From: Vermamoeba vermiformis
Lineage: Eukaryota
Assembly (NCBI GenBank): GCA_045837725.1
Contig: JBEWZL010000083.1
Span: forward strand, 124,001 to 188,000
DNA: 64,000 nucleotides
Reading direction: 5' to 3'
The position numbers and the translations under genes are program-made. Under the pieces are notes generated by a model. It did not search any database, was not told the DNA's origin, and saw nothing but the letters and a program-made list of their open reading frames with translations. Shown here piece after piece: positions 13,301 through 30,087 of the stretch. How positions within the stretch are numbered: position 1 is the stretch's first letter; each line of letters starts with the position of its first letter.

Positions 13301-14050
13301 GAACAGGAGGCATGTTGGACAAAGCCTAGAAGCAATCACCATTAAAATCGCGTCCCTTAGCAATATCATCAGTATACTTACTGTTAGGTTCTCAGGAACT
13401 GTCAAGGTAACTTCGAAAGTGGCTTTCAAAGCGGGCTCATCCCAGCAAGGAAAAGCTTTTCGAGCGTCTAAAAATATCAAAAAATCAGAAATTATGTCCT
13501 ATAATTGAGGCATCAATAATGCTTACCGACAGGCTCAAATTGAGTGCAAGCCATGTACCTGAAGATAAATGAAAAAGATGAGATTAGCAAAAATCGTCAA
13601 AAAAAATCAAAAATATTTCAAATAAATCATAAACACCATCGATGATGTTATGAGAGTTTTAAGAGGTGGTTGACAAACTTACTTCTCCTTTCCGTCCAAA
13701 AAGTACTTGGATCTGTAGAATCCATTGAGCTTGTCACTGAGGATACCCTCGTACTCAATCAACAAGGTAGCATCACCAGTAGGAATCTCCTTATCAAACT
13801 CGAAGGTAGCAGTGTCATCCTCCTTGTGATAAGAGATCTTTCCGGCGAGCTTCTCGTTGTTGACTTGCACATGAGCCGAGTGGATATTAATATCCACGGC
13901 GTGCAAAGTGATGCTCTTGGAGGCCTGCTTGACTGACAAAGCAACACTTTCGCGACCAGCGAAGGTGAAGGCTTCCAAGTTGGGAGTCAGGTGCAAGCTG
14001 TACTTCAAGGGCTTCACATTGGTGGGGAGCAGATGACGTTGTTCGGCCAT
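10361..14050 (-). CDS. NPEPPS: Puromycin-sensitive aminopeptidase-like M1 metallopeptidase with ERAP1-like C-terminal domain; snoRNA host gene
   Basis: GAMENWG exopeptidase motif, HELAHQW zinc motif, [19 protein letters not shown]; strong codon bias. Confidence 0.92.
11260..11343 (-). ncRNA. Intronic box C/D snoRNA, SNORD100-like guide (18S G equivalent to human Gm436)
   Basis: 8-bp terminal stem GAATTGAA/TTCAATTC, C box CTGATGA, D box CTGA; GCTCCCTCTT ahead of a D'-like CCGA is antisense to conserved 18S GAGAGGGAGC, and CCGGAATC is antisense to the adjacent GAUUCCGG. Confidence 0.8.
11665..11803 (-). ncRNA. Putative intronic H/ACA-type snoRNA with two pocketed hairpins and AUA boxes
   Basis: Hairpin 1 GCACTG..GGGGTCAT/ATGACTCT..CGGTGC; hairpin 2 TCTCCC..GGCTTTG/CAAAGCT..GGGAGA; each followed by ATA 15-16 nt from the upper stem; boxes are non-canonical. 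Confidence 0.5.
12236..12316 (-). ncRNA. Intronic box C/D snoRNA, snR38/SNORD1-like guide (LSU G equivalent to yeast Gm2815)
   Basis: Stem AGCTTT/AAAGCT, C box ATGATGA, D box CTGA; GCCAGTTATTCCTGT before CCGA pairs over 15 nt (one G-U) with conserved LSU ACAGGGAUAACUGGC. Confidence 0.85.
12616..12695 (-). ncRNA. Intronic box C/D snoRNA, U20/SNORD20-like guide (18S 3' region U)
   Basis: Stem TTGATT/AATCAA, C box ATGATGA; 3' end ACGATCAAGTT-CTGA shares the TCAAGTTCTGA end I recall for U20; antisense to 18S AACUUGAUC-like sequence. Confidence 0.72.
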
Positions 14051-14233
14051 GATGCTATGTACAATAGACTATAATACAGTGATTAATGAAGACGTGGAGG
14101 TGCCTTGATTTTCTCTTCGCATTCCTTCACCATTTTTTGGCTGATTTTTTTTGCCCTGTGACCTTGTGGTCAGAATCTCCGTTTTTTTTCTTGCACGGGA
14201 CTTTACTGGCCCATTTGTTTCGAACAAGTCACA

Positions 14234-16004
14234 ATGCAGACCTCAATAGTTATTTGTTTGTTGTTGGCGTCGGTAAGTTGATTGAAAAGTGGATCTCGAT
14301 CAAGCTCAATGTTTAACGCTCTGTTCAGGCCGTGTTGGCTGCCCCTCTTCCCGACTACTGTGGACGAGATGAGCCTATTCCTATTCCGCCCTTGAACCGT
14401 GGAGATATGCAACTCACGAACGTTCAAAGTAAGATTTGATCCCCAACGTCGGCAGCCGACAATAAACAAAACACTCCTTCACATAAGATTATTTTTAAAA
14501 TAATTATTAACTTTTTATTGTGCAGCAATTATTCGCCACGGAGATCGACTTCCTCTTGGCCGCTGCTGGTCTGGATCTGGTCCCTGGAATTGCAACTTGA
14601 ACATTCAAGTACGAGCATTCATAATATCATTCTCATTTATTAAATTGACGCTATCAACGCAATATCGACCGTATCATTGCTAACGCCCGATTTAATAATT
14701 TAGTCCCGCGAAGGTTATGCCGCCGAGAGCGTGACTCGTTTGTATCCCAAGAAGTACATTCAGGGCCGCAACATTCAGCCTGGTACTTGCGCTGCTGGTC
14801 AATTGACTGAGAAGGGCTACAAGCAACATCTTGCTAATGGTACGGTATTTTCTTTTGACATTTCCTCAAAATAGAAATTTACTGTCTAGCCAGCGGTCAC
14901 TAACCGACATTCACAGGTCGTATGTTCCGCAAGTATTTTGTTGACACTTTGGGCTTCATGCCTGCCAATTTGACTCTCAGCTCGTTCTACGTGCACAGCG
15001 ATGACGTTCCTCGTGTCGTTGCCTCTGCTGAGGTAAGAGGAATAATTGAAAATAGTACTGTCGATATTAATTTATATGAAAGACCCTCTTAGTTGGCATG
15101 TACCCTCCTCAGTTGACCAAGGGCCAAATTGAAGTTGTTGACATCAACACTGAAGACTTGACCAATCAAAACATGTACGGCAACTACATCACTTGCCCTC
15201 GTTTGAAGGTTGAAGAAAAGGATATTACCAGCGATATTATGAATTCGTTGCTCGTGAATAATTGATTTATCTCAGATCTTCGAGCAAAGCCCTCAATTCG
15301 TTGCTCACTACAACTCTGTCACTTTGCCCATTGCTCAACAATTCGCTCAAATCTTCAACACTAACTACACCAACATCAACTTGGGAGGTACGTGCGAGCT
15401 TGTTTATTGCTATCACAATACGCGTTCTAACAGCGAGTTTACAGACTTGTTTGATTGCTTGTCAACTCACATCTGCCACGGCTTGCCCTTGCCCCAAGGT
15501 GTCACTATGGACCTCTATTACCGCCTCAAGAAGGACTTGACTGACAACTACTACGCCTCGTACAACTACAGCAACATTGTCACCCTCACCATTGGCTTCT
15601 TGCTCGATGAGATGTACACTTCTTTGCAAAAGATTGTCGGTGGTGCCCCTGTCACGCCCTTCTTGCTCTACTCGGGCCACGATGCCACTATCATGCCTGT
15701 CATCGCTGCTCTTGGTCTCAGCGACGGCAACTGGACTCCTTACGCCTCTCACTTCATCATTGAGAGCTACCAACAACAAGGCACTGGTGCTTATTTCCAC
15801 CGCTTCCTCTACAACAGCAAGGTGCTCACTTTGCCTGGCTGCTCGTCCTTGTGTCCCTCTGACTTTGTGCTCAATCTCTTCCAACAAGTCTCGATCACCA
15901 ACCCCTCAATCTGCGCTGTCTCTAGCGCTCGCACTACTGCTTGGCTCGGTGCTCGTGAACAAACTCCTTCGTTTATTGAGTCCATTCGCTCTTCCACTTT
16001 GTAA
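14234..16004 (+). CDS. Secreted or lysosomal histidine acid phosphatase (branch 2)
   Basis: Signal peptide MQTSIVICLLLAS|AVLA; IIRHGDR catalytic motif at about 14530; YSGHDATI motif. Confidence 0.88.
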
Positions 16005-16175
16005 ACAGTTTCGATTTCGCGTAAATAAAGAAAGCGTTTGACGACTTTACGGATCTACCAGGGCTACAATTAAACATTACAATGAAGCGCGGGACTTACA
16101 GTTTATTCGATTATTGTATGATGACCTCCACAACGGATTATTGATATTATCTAATAACGAGAACCTGCACAAACG

Positions 16176-18190
16176 ATGGCAGATCAGCCAAATTCTCATA
16201 TCAAAGAGCTGTTGGTCAATTATTTTAATTGTCTCGAGAGATTTAATTTTAGTAAAGCTGGAGAGCTATTGCGTATCAAAGGAGTAAGTTTAAGACTAGA
16301 TCTGAGTAAACAATCAATAAAACAAATTTTCAAAATTATTGTTCACGATAATTTTATCTATTCGATAAATCTTATGGTGCACATCATTGCTGCGATACTT
16401 ATAAATTATTTTTGAAGGCTGTGGGACCTCCATGGACGAGCTTGCTGAATCCACTCTTTCTGTTGGCTGCTGGAGAGAATCTCTATTTAAGTTTGAACTT
16501 CCTGGAGCCCAAGTTTTTACGAAAGGATGTAAGTAGGCGAAAATTTTCAACAACCACGCTAATTAATTTCAACGATGCGATCTAACCTTCTTCCCTTCAG
16601 CAAATCAATCCTATTTACAATCAAGTGATTACAGAACTCGCCAAATGCGTACCAGCACTCGAAGCACACATAAATTTGACTTCTGGAGCATTGCAAGCAG
16701 CTAAAGCGAAGAAAGAAGCGTCATTTTTCACGGATCTCATTCGTGATATTATTGAGTTCTCAAAAATTCGACTTTCAATAGCTGCAGTGTAAGTAATACT
16801 ACAGTCACAATATCAATTGTTAACGAGGATTTAGTTACCGATCGATTGGCGGTGTCAAACGAAATGTCAATTACGACGAGTTAGTGATGCCAATCAACGA
16901 GGCTGTGACACAACTCAGCAAGATATTTACACACCCGTATTTATATCAAATCAAAGGCAACGTGCAGTACGTACATAGGGCATTGGTGTAGTGTGAATAG
17001 ATGCTAATAGTGCTGTGATTTGTAGGGCTGAAATAGTAAGTCTGCACAAGTTAGTGACGGCACAAATGAAGATGGCCTCGTATCAGTTCTTCGACTCGAC
17101 TTTGTTGATTTATTCGGCGAAACAAGAGCTCGATGGGTGGAAATTGAAGTTCAATTCGTTGGACCAGGTGGGTTACATTCGCTAATTACTACTTGTGTAC
17201 TAACGCTGCGTTGTTCTAAAGAAAATGCCCGAGAGTTTAAAACCGTTGCGAATGGGCATCTTTAATTGGTTGTTCGCATTCCACGCGACGTTGCTGTCAA
17301 AAATGACATTGTATTTTTATAACATTTTGAAGAAGAAAGAAATTGAAGTCGGCGGTGACATCAGACAACAATCTAAGCTAGATTTGGACTATATTTCACT
17401 GTGAGTACTCAACTTCATATTTATTTCACGCAATTAACATTGTTTTAGGATTGAAAACTTTGTACAGAAATCAGAGTGTTCGCACGTGTGTTTGGTGTAC
17501 GAGACGGGTGGCAAGAGAATTGACTTGAATGGATTTGTCATGCAGCGTGTCAAACCAGCCCCGCCACAACAGCGCAAGCGATCAATGAGCACATCAGCAG
17601 TGCAGCCTAGTGTACAAAACAATAACAACAATAATAGCGGCAATAATACCAATGCACCTCAACCACCGCACATTCTTGTCAGCACAGGCTCGAGCAGTCA
17701 ACTTAATGTCAAACTGATCAACATGTTGAGCTCTAGTCCGAAAAATCATTCGATGATCAATCCATCAGGCAGCAATTACAACTCAATCGGCAACAGCGGC
17801 ATGCAGTCACTAGCGAACAATGTTGAGGCAGTTGAAGATGAAGACCAAGAAGAAGAAGAGGTGTTGACTGGCTTGAAATCCTGGCCCGCGATATTTAGTT
17901 ATCCGAAAGACACGCCGTATGAACACTGGCCCAACTTGATCAGTTTGATTCAAGACAATGCGGAAATGTTGTCCAAATTTGGCAAAGACCCACTGCATTA
18001 TTTCGACTTGATTATGAAGACAACGTATTTCATCGCTAATGTTGATCCGAAAATATCTTTGGTGCTGATATTCGAGAACAAAAAAGTGAAGAAGAACGAT
18101 CAACTCGTCACTGACTTCTTACTGATTATCACTTCTTATCTGCGGAACTTCAAGATATTTGAGCGACTAGTGCTCAAGCCGAGTGCGTAA
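16176..18190 (+). CDS. KICS2: KICSTOR subunit 2 (C12orf66/DUF2003)-like protein; multi-exon
   Basis: LLSKMTLYFYNILKK and WPAIFSYPKDTPYEHWPNLISLI...TYFIANVDPKISLVLIFE resemble C12orf66 conserved blocks. Confidence 0.72.
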
Positions 18191-18267
18191 GAATAAACCC
18201 GCTCTTGTAAATAGAAACCAAGCCGCTTTTATTATTTACAGTAATTACACATTAATTATTGTGGCCT

Positions 18268-20093
18268 TTAGTTCGAACTATTTTCGTTGAGTTGTTGTGT
18301 CAGTCGCATAATCATGCGCTCAAGGGCCAAGCGCTCTTCTTGTCGGATTTGTTCCAGATCGCGCACATAGTCCACCTTCGCTTCACTGAGCTGTTTCAGG
18401 GCATCAAAGTGCAGTTCTTCGAGGGCCGAGAGTTGTGACATGGACAAGCTGCTCAAATTCAGCCCAAACATGTGCTCGCACTCCAAGCCAAGCTGGGCTG
18501 CTTGAGGGTGCATGGATTCAAGGCTTTGCTGCAACAAATCATACGCTTGTGCCTTGCGCAGTAGTTCCTGCACGTCTTCATCGTTGTTCGTGTCGTACTG
18601 TTGTTGTCTTCGCACGCGTTTGGGAGTGACAGCGCTGGAGTGCAGTTTCGAGGGTGTTACTGGCGGAGTGTCTGCTGTGCGTGGTGGCAAATTCTTGCTC
18701 ACAATCGACGCGTATGAGAACGTCTGTTTGGCAGTAGCTGCTGCACTAGTGTTTGTGTTATTTGAAGTCTGAGTCTCTTGTGCTGCGTTGTTGTTCTGTT
18801 TCACTGGTGTAGCTTTTATTTGCTTATCTGAATGATGTGCCAGCACTGCATCAACGCTCTTCTTGATCTCCGCGATAGGTGTCGCGCTGGATGTGACAGG
18901 TGTCAGTGGTGATGCCTTCTGTTCCTGCACTTCATTGGTCTTATTCGCTGCGTTGGGATTGGCTTTGGTCTTCTTCTTCTGTTTCTTTTTCTTAGCATCA
19001 CTAGCGTTTTTAGTATTGTTGGTGTTATCTTTGTTCTCTTCTTCGAGCAACAGATCCGCCAAGGCCTGTGACTCTGTTTCGAGCTTGTGCCACTTCTCTT
19101 GCAACAATTCAACGCACTTCATCAATCGGGCCTTTGTGTCGTTGTCCCTGGCACTTTCCAAGCTCTTCTTTGCAATGTCAAGTGCGCTCTCATTGGCGTT
19201 GTTTTTGCATCGTCAAATCAGCCCCGTGCTCGAGCAGCAGTTCAATCACACTCGTCGCACCGTGCGTGGCAGCCATGAGCAGTGCAGTGCGACCCTGTTG
19301 ATCGCGAGCATTGATTGTTTTTTGCAGCTGTTGACGACGCTGCAGAGTGTTCTTGTTGACACTCAAATAGCTGTTGATTAGACCTGCCACTGTCTCGAAG
19401 TGTTGGCTGCAAATGACACGTGTCAATTAGTGTCGCTCGATCGTCACACCACTTACTTTGCAGCAGCACAGTGTAGTGCAGTCATCTTGCTGTTGTTGGT
19501 CACGGTCAGATCTGCGCCTTCACTCTGCAACAAGTGCGCAATTTGATGGGCACCAGCATTAGCAGCGAACATGAGCGCTGCAATATCACACATTAGTTCT
19601 CGGAATTGTTTGGACATTCAACTGCGTACCAGTGTCACCATTGCGGTTTTTGATGGCAATGAACTGCAGCAGTCCACCGCGCGAAGTGTTGGCCTTGACA
19701 TGCTCGATCAACTGCTTGGCTACCTGCAAGTGACCTGTGTAACAAGCCCAGAAGAGGGAGTTGTTGCCACTGCTGTATGTAGCTTTCAGTGGATCTGCTC
19801 CAGCCTTCAACAGTACTTCAACCTGGATCGTAATTAGTAATTGTAGCGGATAACTAGAGGATACTCACTATTGAACTCGATCCATTTCTACACGCTAACA
19901 TTAGAGGAGTAAATCCAGAAGCGTCGGCAGCGTTAACGAGGGTTGGATCTGATCCAATCATTTGAATAATCCTAATAATTTAATTAATTCAGATTTCCCC
20001 GCGATTAAATTGTCCTAATACCCACATATTTATATCACCATCTTGAACTGCGTCAAAAATTGTTGGCACGTAAATATCTTGATTGAGATCCAT
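18268..20093 (-). CDS. Ankyrin-repeat protein with C-terminal coiled-coil and low-complexity region; apparent +1 frameshift near 19205
   Basis: GNNSLFWACYTGHLQVAKQL and GRTALLMAATHGATSVIELLLEHGAD ankyrin repeats; frame changes before NNANESALDIA. Confidence 0.8.
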
Positions 20094-20284
20094 ATTTCGC
20101 GATCCGTTCGGTGATTTCTATTATTAACTATAACAATGGGCCTAATGTATTGAAGCTGCTATCTACTATCACTGTAGTATTGTGTTTGTGTTTCAACTAT
20201 TGTTTATTCTTCGCAAAACATCGCCAAAATTTCTACAAATACGCTCGGCTTAAATAACAACGCTCTTATCTTTACTTATTAATC

Positions 20285-22198
20285 TTAGTTTTGTTGTTTC
20301 TTTCGGAGTTTGAGCCAGTTCTCCTTCAACTTCTCTTCGAATTGTTTGTTCTCTTGCTCGACCTCTTCTTGCGCAATGGATGTCTCTTGCGCCATCATCT
20401 CTTTGAACTGTTCGTGCAGCTTGAGCACTTCAGGGTCGTTCTCGTCGATGGGCTCATCGTCCTTCATCGACTCAAACATCTTTTCCAAGTCCTTCAAGGT
20501 TGATTGCACATCACTGCTGTCTTTGCCGAGTTCTTCGAACAATTTCTTGAGATCTGCATTGTTGTTGATCTCGTCGAACATGGCGTCGTCTTCGGGCAAC
20601 TCCTTGATGCGCTGGACTTGATCCAAGTTCTCTTTGAGTGCGGCAGCCTCTTGTTCGAGCACATCGAGGTACGCAGGGTCATCAGCCTTGCGACCACTCT
20701 TCTGCCAACCCTCCAAGAAGTTCTTCATTTCGTCCTTGTAGAACTTGGGGTCCTTTACAATACCAACGGGTTCGGCGCTCTTGCGGGGGCCAACGACGCC
20801 AAAGCTCTTCTCCATGAACGACTTCTCGGCCGTGCTGAAGTGCTCGTTGATCAAGTTGTCCGAGTCCACATTCCAGTCCTCTTCCAGCTCTTTGATGTCT
20901 TGCTCGCGCTTCAGTTCCTTCAAGATGGTGCAATAGTTGGCGAATGCGTTCTTAGTGTAGTTGTTGGCCTTGCCTAACTCGCGGCGGAAGATCTCCATGG
21001 CCTCAAGAGCGTGCGGGCGCGCGTCTTCGAACTTCTTTTGCACGCACAAATAACCCGACAAGTTGCTCAATGCACCGGCCAACAATTCATCGCGACGCAT
21101 TTGTGTTCTGAATACTTTGATTGCCTCTCTGTGGGTGATAGACGTTAGTGTCAATGATCAGCCAATCAACGTGTTGAGCACGTACTTGGTGGTCTGTTCA
21201 GCTTGCGGCAACAACTTGAGATTGGCGAGTGACTCGGCGTAGTTGAGCAGTGCCATGCCGTACTCTTTGCTGTTGTCCATGTGTTTCTTCATGATCGGCA
21301 AGGACTCTTCGAACAATTTGCGTGCTTCCTGCAAGCAATCAACATTAGTCTCGCGCCTATATTTACAATCACTAGTAGTTAAAGTGCTGTATTTAGATCA
21401 GTCGTATAATTCCTTTCATCTTCAAGGTCATTGCAGTAGGAAGGCAGTAGAATTGCGTCATCATCTCCAAGTCACCAGCAATAGTGTTCAAGGTCCCCAG
21501 TATTGTGACCGATATATTATAGTATCTATATGAATACTCACCTCGTATTGTTGTCCAGACAAGTAAGTGAAGGCCAAATTAGATTTCAACTGTGAGCGAA
21601 TTATCGTCAGTACGACCGAGTGTCATTATAACGCTTATTTAAGCTACATACGCGTGCCAAGAACGAGTCCTCAGGGCCCTCAGCGTGGGGCTTGTATTTT
21701 TGAAGTGCGCCTAATAAAGCAATTTCTGCTTCAACAAATCTGTCCATGGCAATCATTCGTTCTGCTTCGTCGTTCAATTCTGCGGCTTTTTTAGCGTCGA
21801 GGGATTTTGTGGCGAGGCATCGGCTAAAAGGGTCAAAAGTCAGATCCCAAAAATAATAAAAAAAATAATAATTTTTGCTAATAATGATACAATAATTTAA
21901 TCGACGCAGAAAAATATCGCACCATATCACTTACGTTTTTTGGGAAAAAATAACGTTGTTGCAAAAAACTGTTTTATTTTGGGTGGATGATCTGAGGCTC
22001 AATCCCTTTTGGATTTTCTTAGCTCCGCTGGAAACCGAGTAAAATCGTCTCTAATATTGAACGTATTAATATCGCTGCCATTAATAATCGATACGCGCTG
22101 GATTTGATTATATTGAATCCAGATGATGAACTCACCGTTTGTCTCGAGCCTGCGCGAGAGCAAGTACGAGTCAAAAATACAGCCGCTTGACGGAGCAT
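20285..22198 (-). CDS. TPR-repeat protein (kinesin light chain-like TPRs) with probable mitochondrial presequence and acidic C-terminus
   Basis: Spliced start MLRQAAVFLTRTCSRAGSRQT|RRFYSVSS; LAGALSNLSGYLCVQKKFEDARPHALEAMEIFRRELG TPR. Confidence 0.7.
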
Positions 22199-22334
22199 TG
22201 TCTCGTGTGTAATAATAAATACAAACTGTTTCCTTCCCCGTTCTTGTCATTTTTTTGCCGGCGAGCTTCGCAAAAAATATCGTTAAAACCAACGAATGAC
22301 TTGAGGGATAGTATTTATATTCGTACAAGTGAAC

Positions 22335-24724
22335 TCAGTTCTTGTTGGCATTGATCTCCATGATCTTGCTTGCTTCTCGTGGCGCTTCACCGCGCTCAAC
22401 AGGTGCCACATCCGTTGGTACACGTTCAAGAGCCGCAGCCAAGTCTGTATTGTCAGGATGAGCACTCAATGCTTGCTTAATTAGTGCTACGCCATTATCT
22501 AGGGCTAGTTGATGAGCTGCATCGCTGTTGAGAGCTAATAAATGCAAGGCTAGGGCAACGTCTTTCATGTTGTCCTGTCGCACGTCAAATCAGTTCCAGT
22601 TCTGAATATAAGAAGTGCAATGTCTTACCTTATTAGTCTGCAACAAGGACAGCAAGACAGGTGTCAAGTCCTTAAACTTGGCAACCGGAGCACGTGTCTC
22701 TTCGACTTTGAGTAGCGCTACGAGAGCAGAAAGACCCTCGTTGATGAGAATAGGGAACTTGGCCTTAAGGAGCTTGAGAATGCCCGTCAGACCATCTTCT
22801 TTCGTCAGCAACTCCTTGCCGAACTCTGCACACGGGATTATTAACAGTTCTGCTCTATATTAAGTAGTGGTGACGTACTTGAGTTAGCAATGTAAGCCAC
22901 AATGCGACTAGACTCGTATTTAATGTGCTCGTTCTCTTCAATAGTAGTCAGCTCGGTGATGGGATCGAGACCTCCTGCGTCAATGAATGCTTGAATTTGT
23001 TCCTCTACAATGACAGCATTAATCGGTGCAACTATCGCTGTCAAATGCCCTCACGTACCTCCACCAGTCAACAAGTTCTTAATGCAGCCAATAGTAGCAT
23101 ACACGACAATTGCATTGGGATTGGTCAACATCTTAGTCACTGGCGGCATAATGCCAAGCTGCAACAGCGTCGCTTTGTTCTGCGGTGTTTGGGCAATGTT
23201 GCGCAGTGATCCAATGGTCAAGTGCTTCACTTTAATGTCTGTCAGCGGGTCCTTGAGCAAGTTGAGCAATATCTCGTGAATGCCGCGCTGCACCACACCT
23301 ACAACTTGTGTCTCGGTGCGTGCAATGTTGCCGACGACCATGCAGCCAAATGTTTGCACTTCTGCGTCCTTGTGCTGCAAGAGATTGACGAGCACATCCA
23401 AGTCCTGATAGAGAATAGGGGCAATCTTGTCTGAGAGGGAGAGGTGTGCGTACACCTTGGCAGCTGCGTGTTTGGTGGCACCTTCGCTGGACACCATCAA
23501 CGACTTGAGATCGGCGATCAGATTGTGTTCCAAGAACAGATCTCGGTACTCGTCCTTCTCACTCAGCTCAGCCAATATCTCCAATGCACCGGTGACGACA
23601 TCTTCGTCTTCAGATGAGACGGCTAGGCGTAACAAGAGTTGCAGACCATTCATCTTGTCAATGAATCTGTAGCAGATAGTCTCTGTCAATATATCACATT
23701 AATACGCGTAGACTATTATATGTTTCACGTACTGGTCTCCAACAACACGCCAACAGCGCTCAATGCATCGACGGTGAGATCATCTTCTTCCTCTTGCAAC
23801 ATCTTCACGAACAGTTCGAGACCTCCTTCTTTGTCCACTGCCATGCGAGCATTCTCTGTGTGCGTGTGAATAACAATGCTTTTAATAAGCGTGATCGGGA
23901 CACGTACCAGCCTCGCACATGTTAGTGACAGCTCTGAAGGCGAGTGACACAATGTCTTCATCTGCATTGTCCACAATGAACTTCATCAACTTGGGCACTG
24001 CTCCCATATTTGCAATCTTCTCGCTAATCTCCTCTGTATATATTTATGTTAAGCTGGGGTACGTTGGTAATGTTTGACAGGCACGTACCATTGGTCGAGC
24101 ACAAGTTGGCGATGCAACCGCAGACTACGCGCAACAATTTAGGATGGCTCGTGCTGAGCTCTTGCACGACAGGCTCAATGCCGTGTGCTTGATCGACGTG
24201 TGTTCTGTTTTCATCTATTACGAGACGACAATTAGCCGCTGAAAGTAGCTGTGGTGCGTGAAATAACTTACCGTGATTGAAGCACAAATTAGCGAGAGTA
24301 CGCACGGAAAAAGTCTTAATCGCCTCATCGTGTGAATGCACTAATTTGACGACTTTAGGAAACAACTCGCTCATGCCACTCATCACCTTGCGATTGTCCT
24401 CTAAAAACAATTTTAAAAAAATTAAAAATCACTTATCATTACACGCCCTAACATTAATTATGATAACTAAATATCGTATTATTTTAATATTTGTTTCAAT
24501 TTTTTTAATTACCGTTTCTCGCCAAGTTGCCCAACGTTTCAGTCACAGCAACTAGTTCTTTATCATTGGTGGAGTCTAAATATGCAATAACTTCCTTTAA
24601 TTCTGCCTCTTCTAATTTCGGATCCTTGCCGTCGACAGCTGATCAAAGGTTAGACAGATTGCATATTGCTAACAAACTTACTTCTGTTTTGAATAGATTC
24701 GATTAATTGTGTAAAGCTAGCCAT
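22335..24724 (-). CDS. RAP1GDS1: Armadillo-repeat protein, SmgGDS/darlin-like
   Basis: Multiple ARM repeats; VVGNIARTE and KHLTIGSLRNIAQTPQNKATLL resemble SmgGDS. Confidence 0.65.
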
Positions 24725-24873
24725 TGTCTTCTACTTGGGTAATACGATAATATGCTCTTGCAGAATTTCTCAATGTCTTCGGCTGGTTAGCTGAAACGAG
24801 CTAAAAATAAAAACTGCCAAAAATGGATCTCGTTATCGGTTTATTTACAATTACATTTCCTACCCTATATACA

Positions 24874-26763
24874 CTACAGCTCTCCATACAGATCAGAACT
24901 CTCGTTGCGCTTGTTAGCCTCATCGATCTGAGCTTGACGCAGTCTGGCAGTGAGGCCCGAGACCTTATTCTGCAGCTGGTACTCAATATCTGCAATGTAG
25001 TGCTGACAGTCTTCAATTCTGTTGGCCAGTGCTTGGGCTTGCATGTCTGTTTTCTGGCTCAGTTCTTTGCGCAGATTGGCTGCTGTCTTTTTCAGCTTGT
25101 CAACCTCTTCAACGATCTTGTCGGTGATTTGTTCTTGCATTTGACCGAGCACATTGAAGACACGTGATTCAATGTCAGTTACGCGCTGGTCATCGGTGTC
25201 AGCTGTCTCGCTGATATTTAAGAACGAGAGTTGAGAGCGGATCCACTCACTGATCTGCATGAGTTGCGAGAGGATTGCTTCAGAACCACGTGATCGATAC
25301 CGATCAATGTCACTGTCCACTTGTTGAAGCAGGGATCTCAATCGTGCTCTAACAGTGCGCGCTGTAATGATATTCTCTGAGACTTCATCTTCAGCTCCAT
25401 TTGTCACGCCATTCGTGTTGCTATTTTTGGGTGATTTTGGTTCACTGAATTGTTGCTTTTCACCGCGCAGTTCATCCTCTTCACTCTTAGGCTCATCAAT
25501 AACGACGTGGTCACCATTCTCCACATATTATTGTTGTTGTTATGTCCATTGCTCTCGTCATTGTTGTTATTGTTACTGTGTCTGAAGCCACGTGACTGTC
25601 GTTGAGCTCGTGCACGCAATTCTTCACCGCCGCCTTGACTAATTTGCACTAGACGCGTGATCCAATATTCACCTTGCTCGCGATATCGACGAATGCGCTG
25701 TTCAATGTTGTCACTTTGCCACTCGAGTTCAGTCAACAGTGCCTCGTCCACGCCCTTGTCCCACTCGAGCGCTACACGCAAGTGATCGCCACAGATGACG
25801 AGTAGCGTGCAGAGCTCGGACATGACGAGCACATTGGGGTCTTGCAACAGCGTGGCAATGCGTGTTTCAGCCTCGCGAATGGACTGCACCAACATCTGTC
25901 TGTGACACGTGTCAGAGTTAGAACTATTAAATGATGATTATCAATGGACCTACCTCCTGCTCTTCACTCGCTCCATCAATTCGAATCTCTCTTCAACGCT
26001 GAACAGGTACTCAAAATCGGATTTGATTTCCTAATTCGGCAAATGAGAATCGAGACAAAGCAGGAAATGTGATCGTAACTTACCCCAAGTTCTTGTAAGG
26101 CATGGCGAATAGTCTCAATAAAAAATCTCACTAAGAAATCTTCTTTGTCCATTGTCACTATGCGATCAGGAAATTGCTCTAGTTGAATACCATTCAGATC
26201 CAGCGCAAAATTGATTTTTCGTGTGATTGGCTTCTTCTTAACGACGGGGTTGTTAACTTCGAAGAATATCAAGAATTCTTGCCAATCGTAGAAGAACTTG
26301 GGTATGCGTTGAAAGAACTGTTGGAGCTGCATCCTCCTCTCGACGATTGCTTCTGGTTCGAAGTTGCCAAATAACATTTTGGAGGGGAAGTCAGGCAATC
26401 GACCTCCGAAATTAGTCTTGATCTACCGAGCAAATAGAAAGAATTAAAACAAGTCTCAAAGGTGGATCCGATCACATACCTTGTTGTACAAGTCATGAAA
26501 TTCGCTGTAGCGCTTATTTATCACCCACTCATATTCTCCGTTGAGCACATGCACCGTGTATGACTACGAAGCAAAAAGTTAATTTGTTTGATTTTTATTA
26601 TTATTTTTCGTATTTCTTTTTCAGCATAGTTTTCTGATCTTCAGATTTCAACCAAACGAATTGCATCCGTTGCAATATATTTACCACTTACAATGTATGA
26701 TTTGCCGCGCTTGTCTTTAAGGACCTCCGCTCGAGGTATTTTGACGTGCCATGTAGACTCCAT
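24874..26763 (-). CDS. PX-domain protein with C-terminal coiled coil
   Basis: WVINKRYSEFHDLY and LPDFPSKMLFGNFEPEAIVERRMQLQQFF PX motifs. Confidence 0.82.
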
Positions 26764-26914
26764 CGCGGCACGCTAACAATTGTAGCACGATAGAGATTGT
26801 ATTATAAGAGTTTGATTGTGGTGTTGGTTGCGAGCACTAGTATTATTAGCTGCGCGAAGATTTTTGTCATTTATTGTTCGCCGCGAATTTTCAGTATTTT
26901 TAGTTGCAACAACA

Positions 26915-29846
<2,932 letters not shown>

Positions 29847-29992
29847 AGTCGCCAATTGTAATAAATATATTTATTATGTTTTTAAATCAATTCCAATGCT
29901 CGAGCAGAAATTTTACTCACGTTTCGCGATTTGGCAATTTTTGCCCAGTCTTGGTGAAATTAATTTACGTGCTTAGTCTAAGAAAGAGGGGA

Positions 29993-30087
29993 GGGAGAGG
30001 GATTGCTGCAGGCTGGTCTGCCGACCGTAGCCTCTCGCTCGCGGTCGGAGAGCTGCGCCTGGATCACACTCACTAGATCCGCCTCCC
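29993..30087. other. GC-rich intergenic imperfect hairpin, candidate structured RNA or DNA element
   Basis: Nested stems GGGAG..GGAT/ATCC..CTCCC, CAGGC/GCCTG and CCGACCG/CGGTCGG within AT-rich flanks. Confidence 0.35.
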
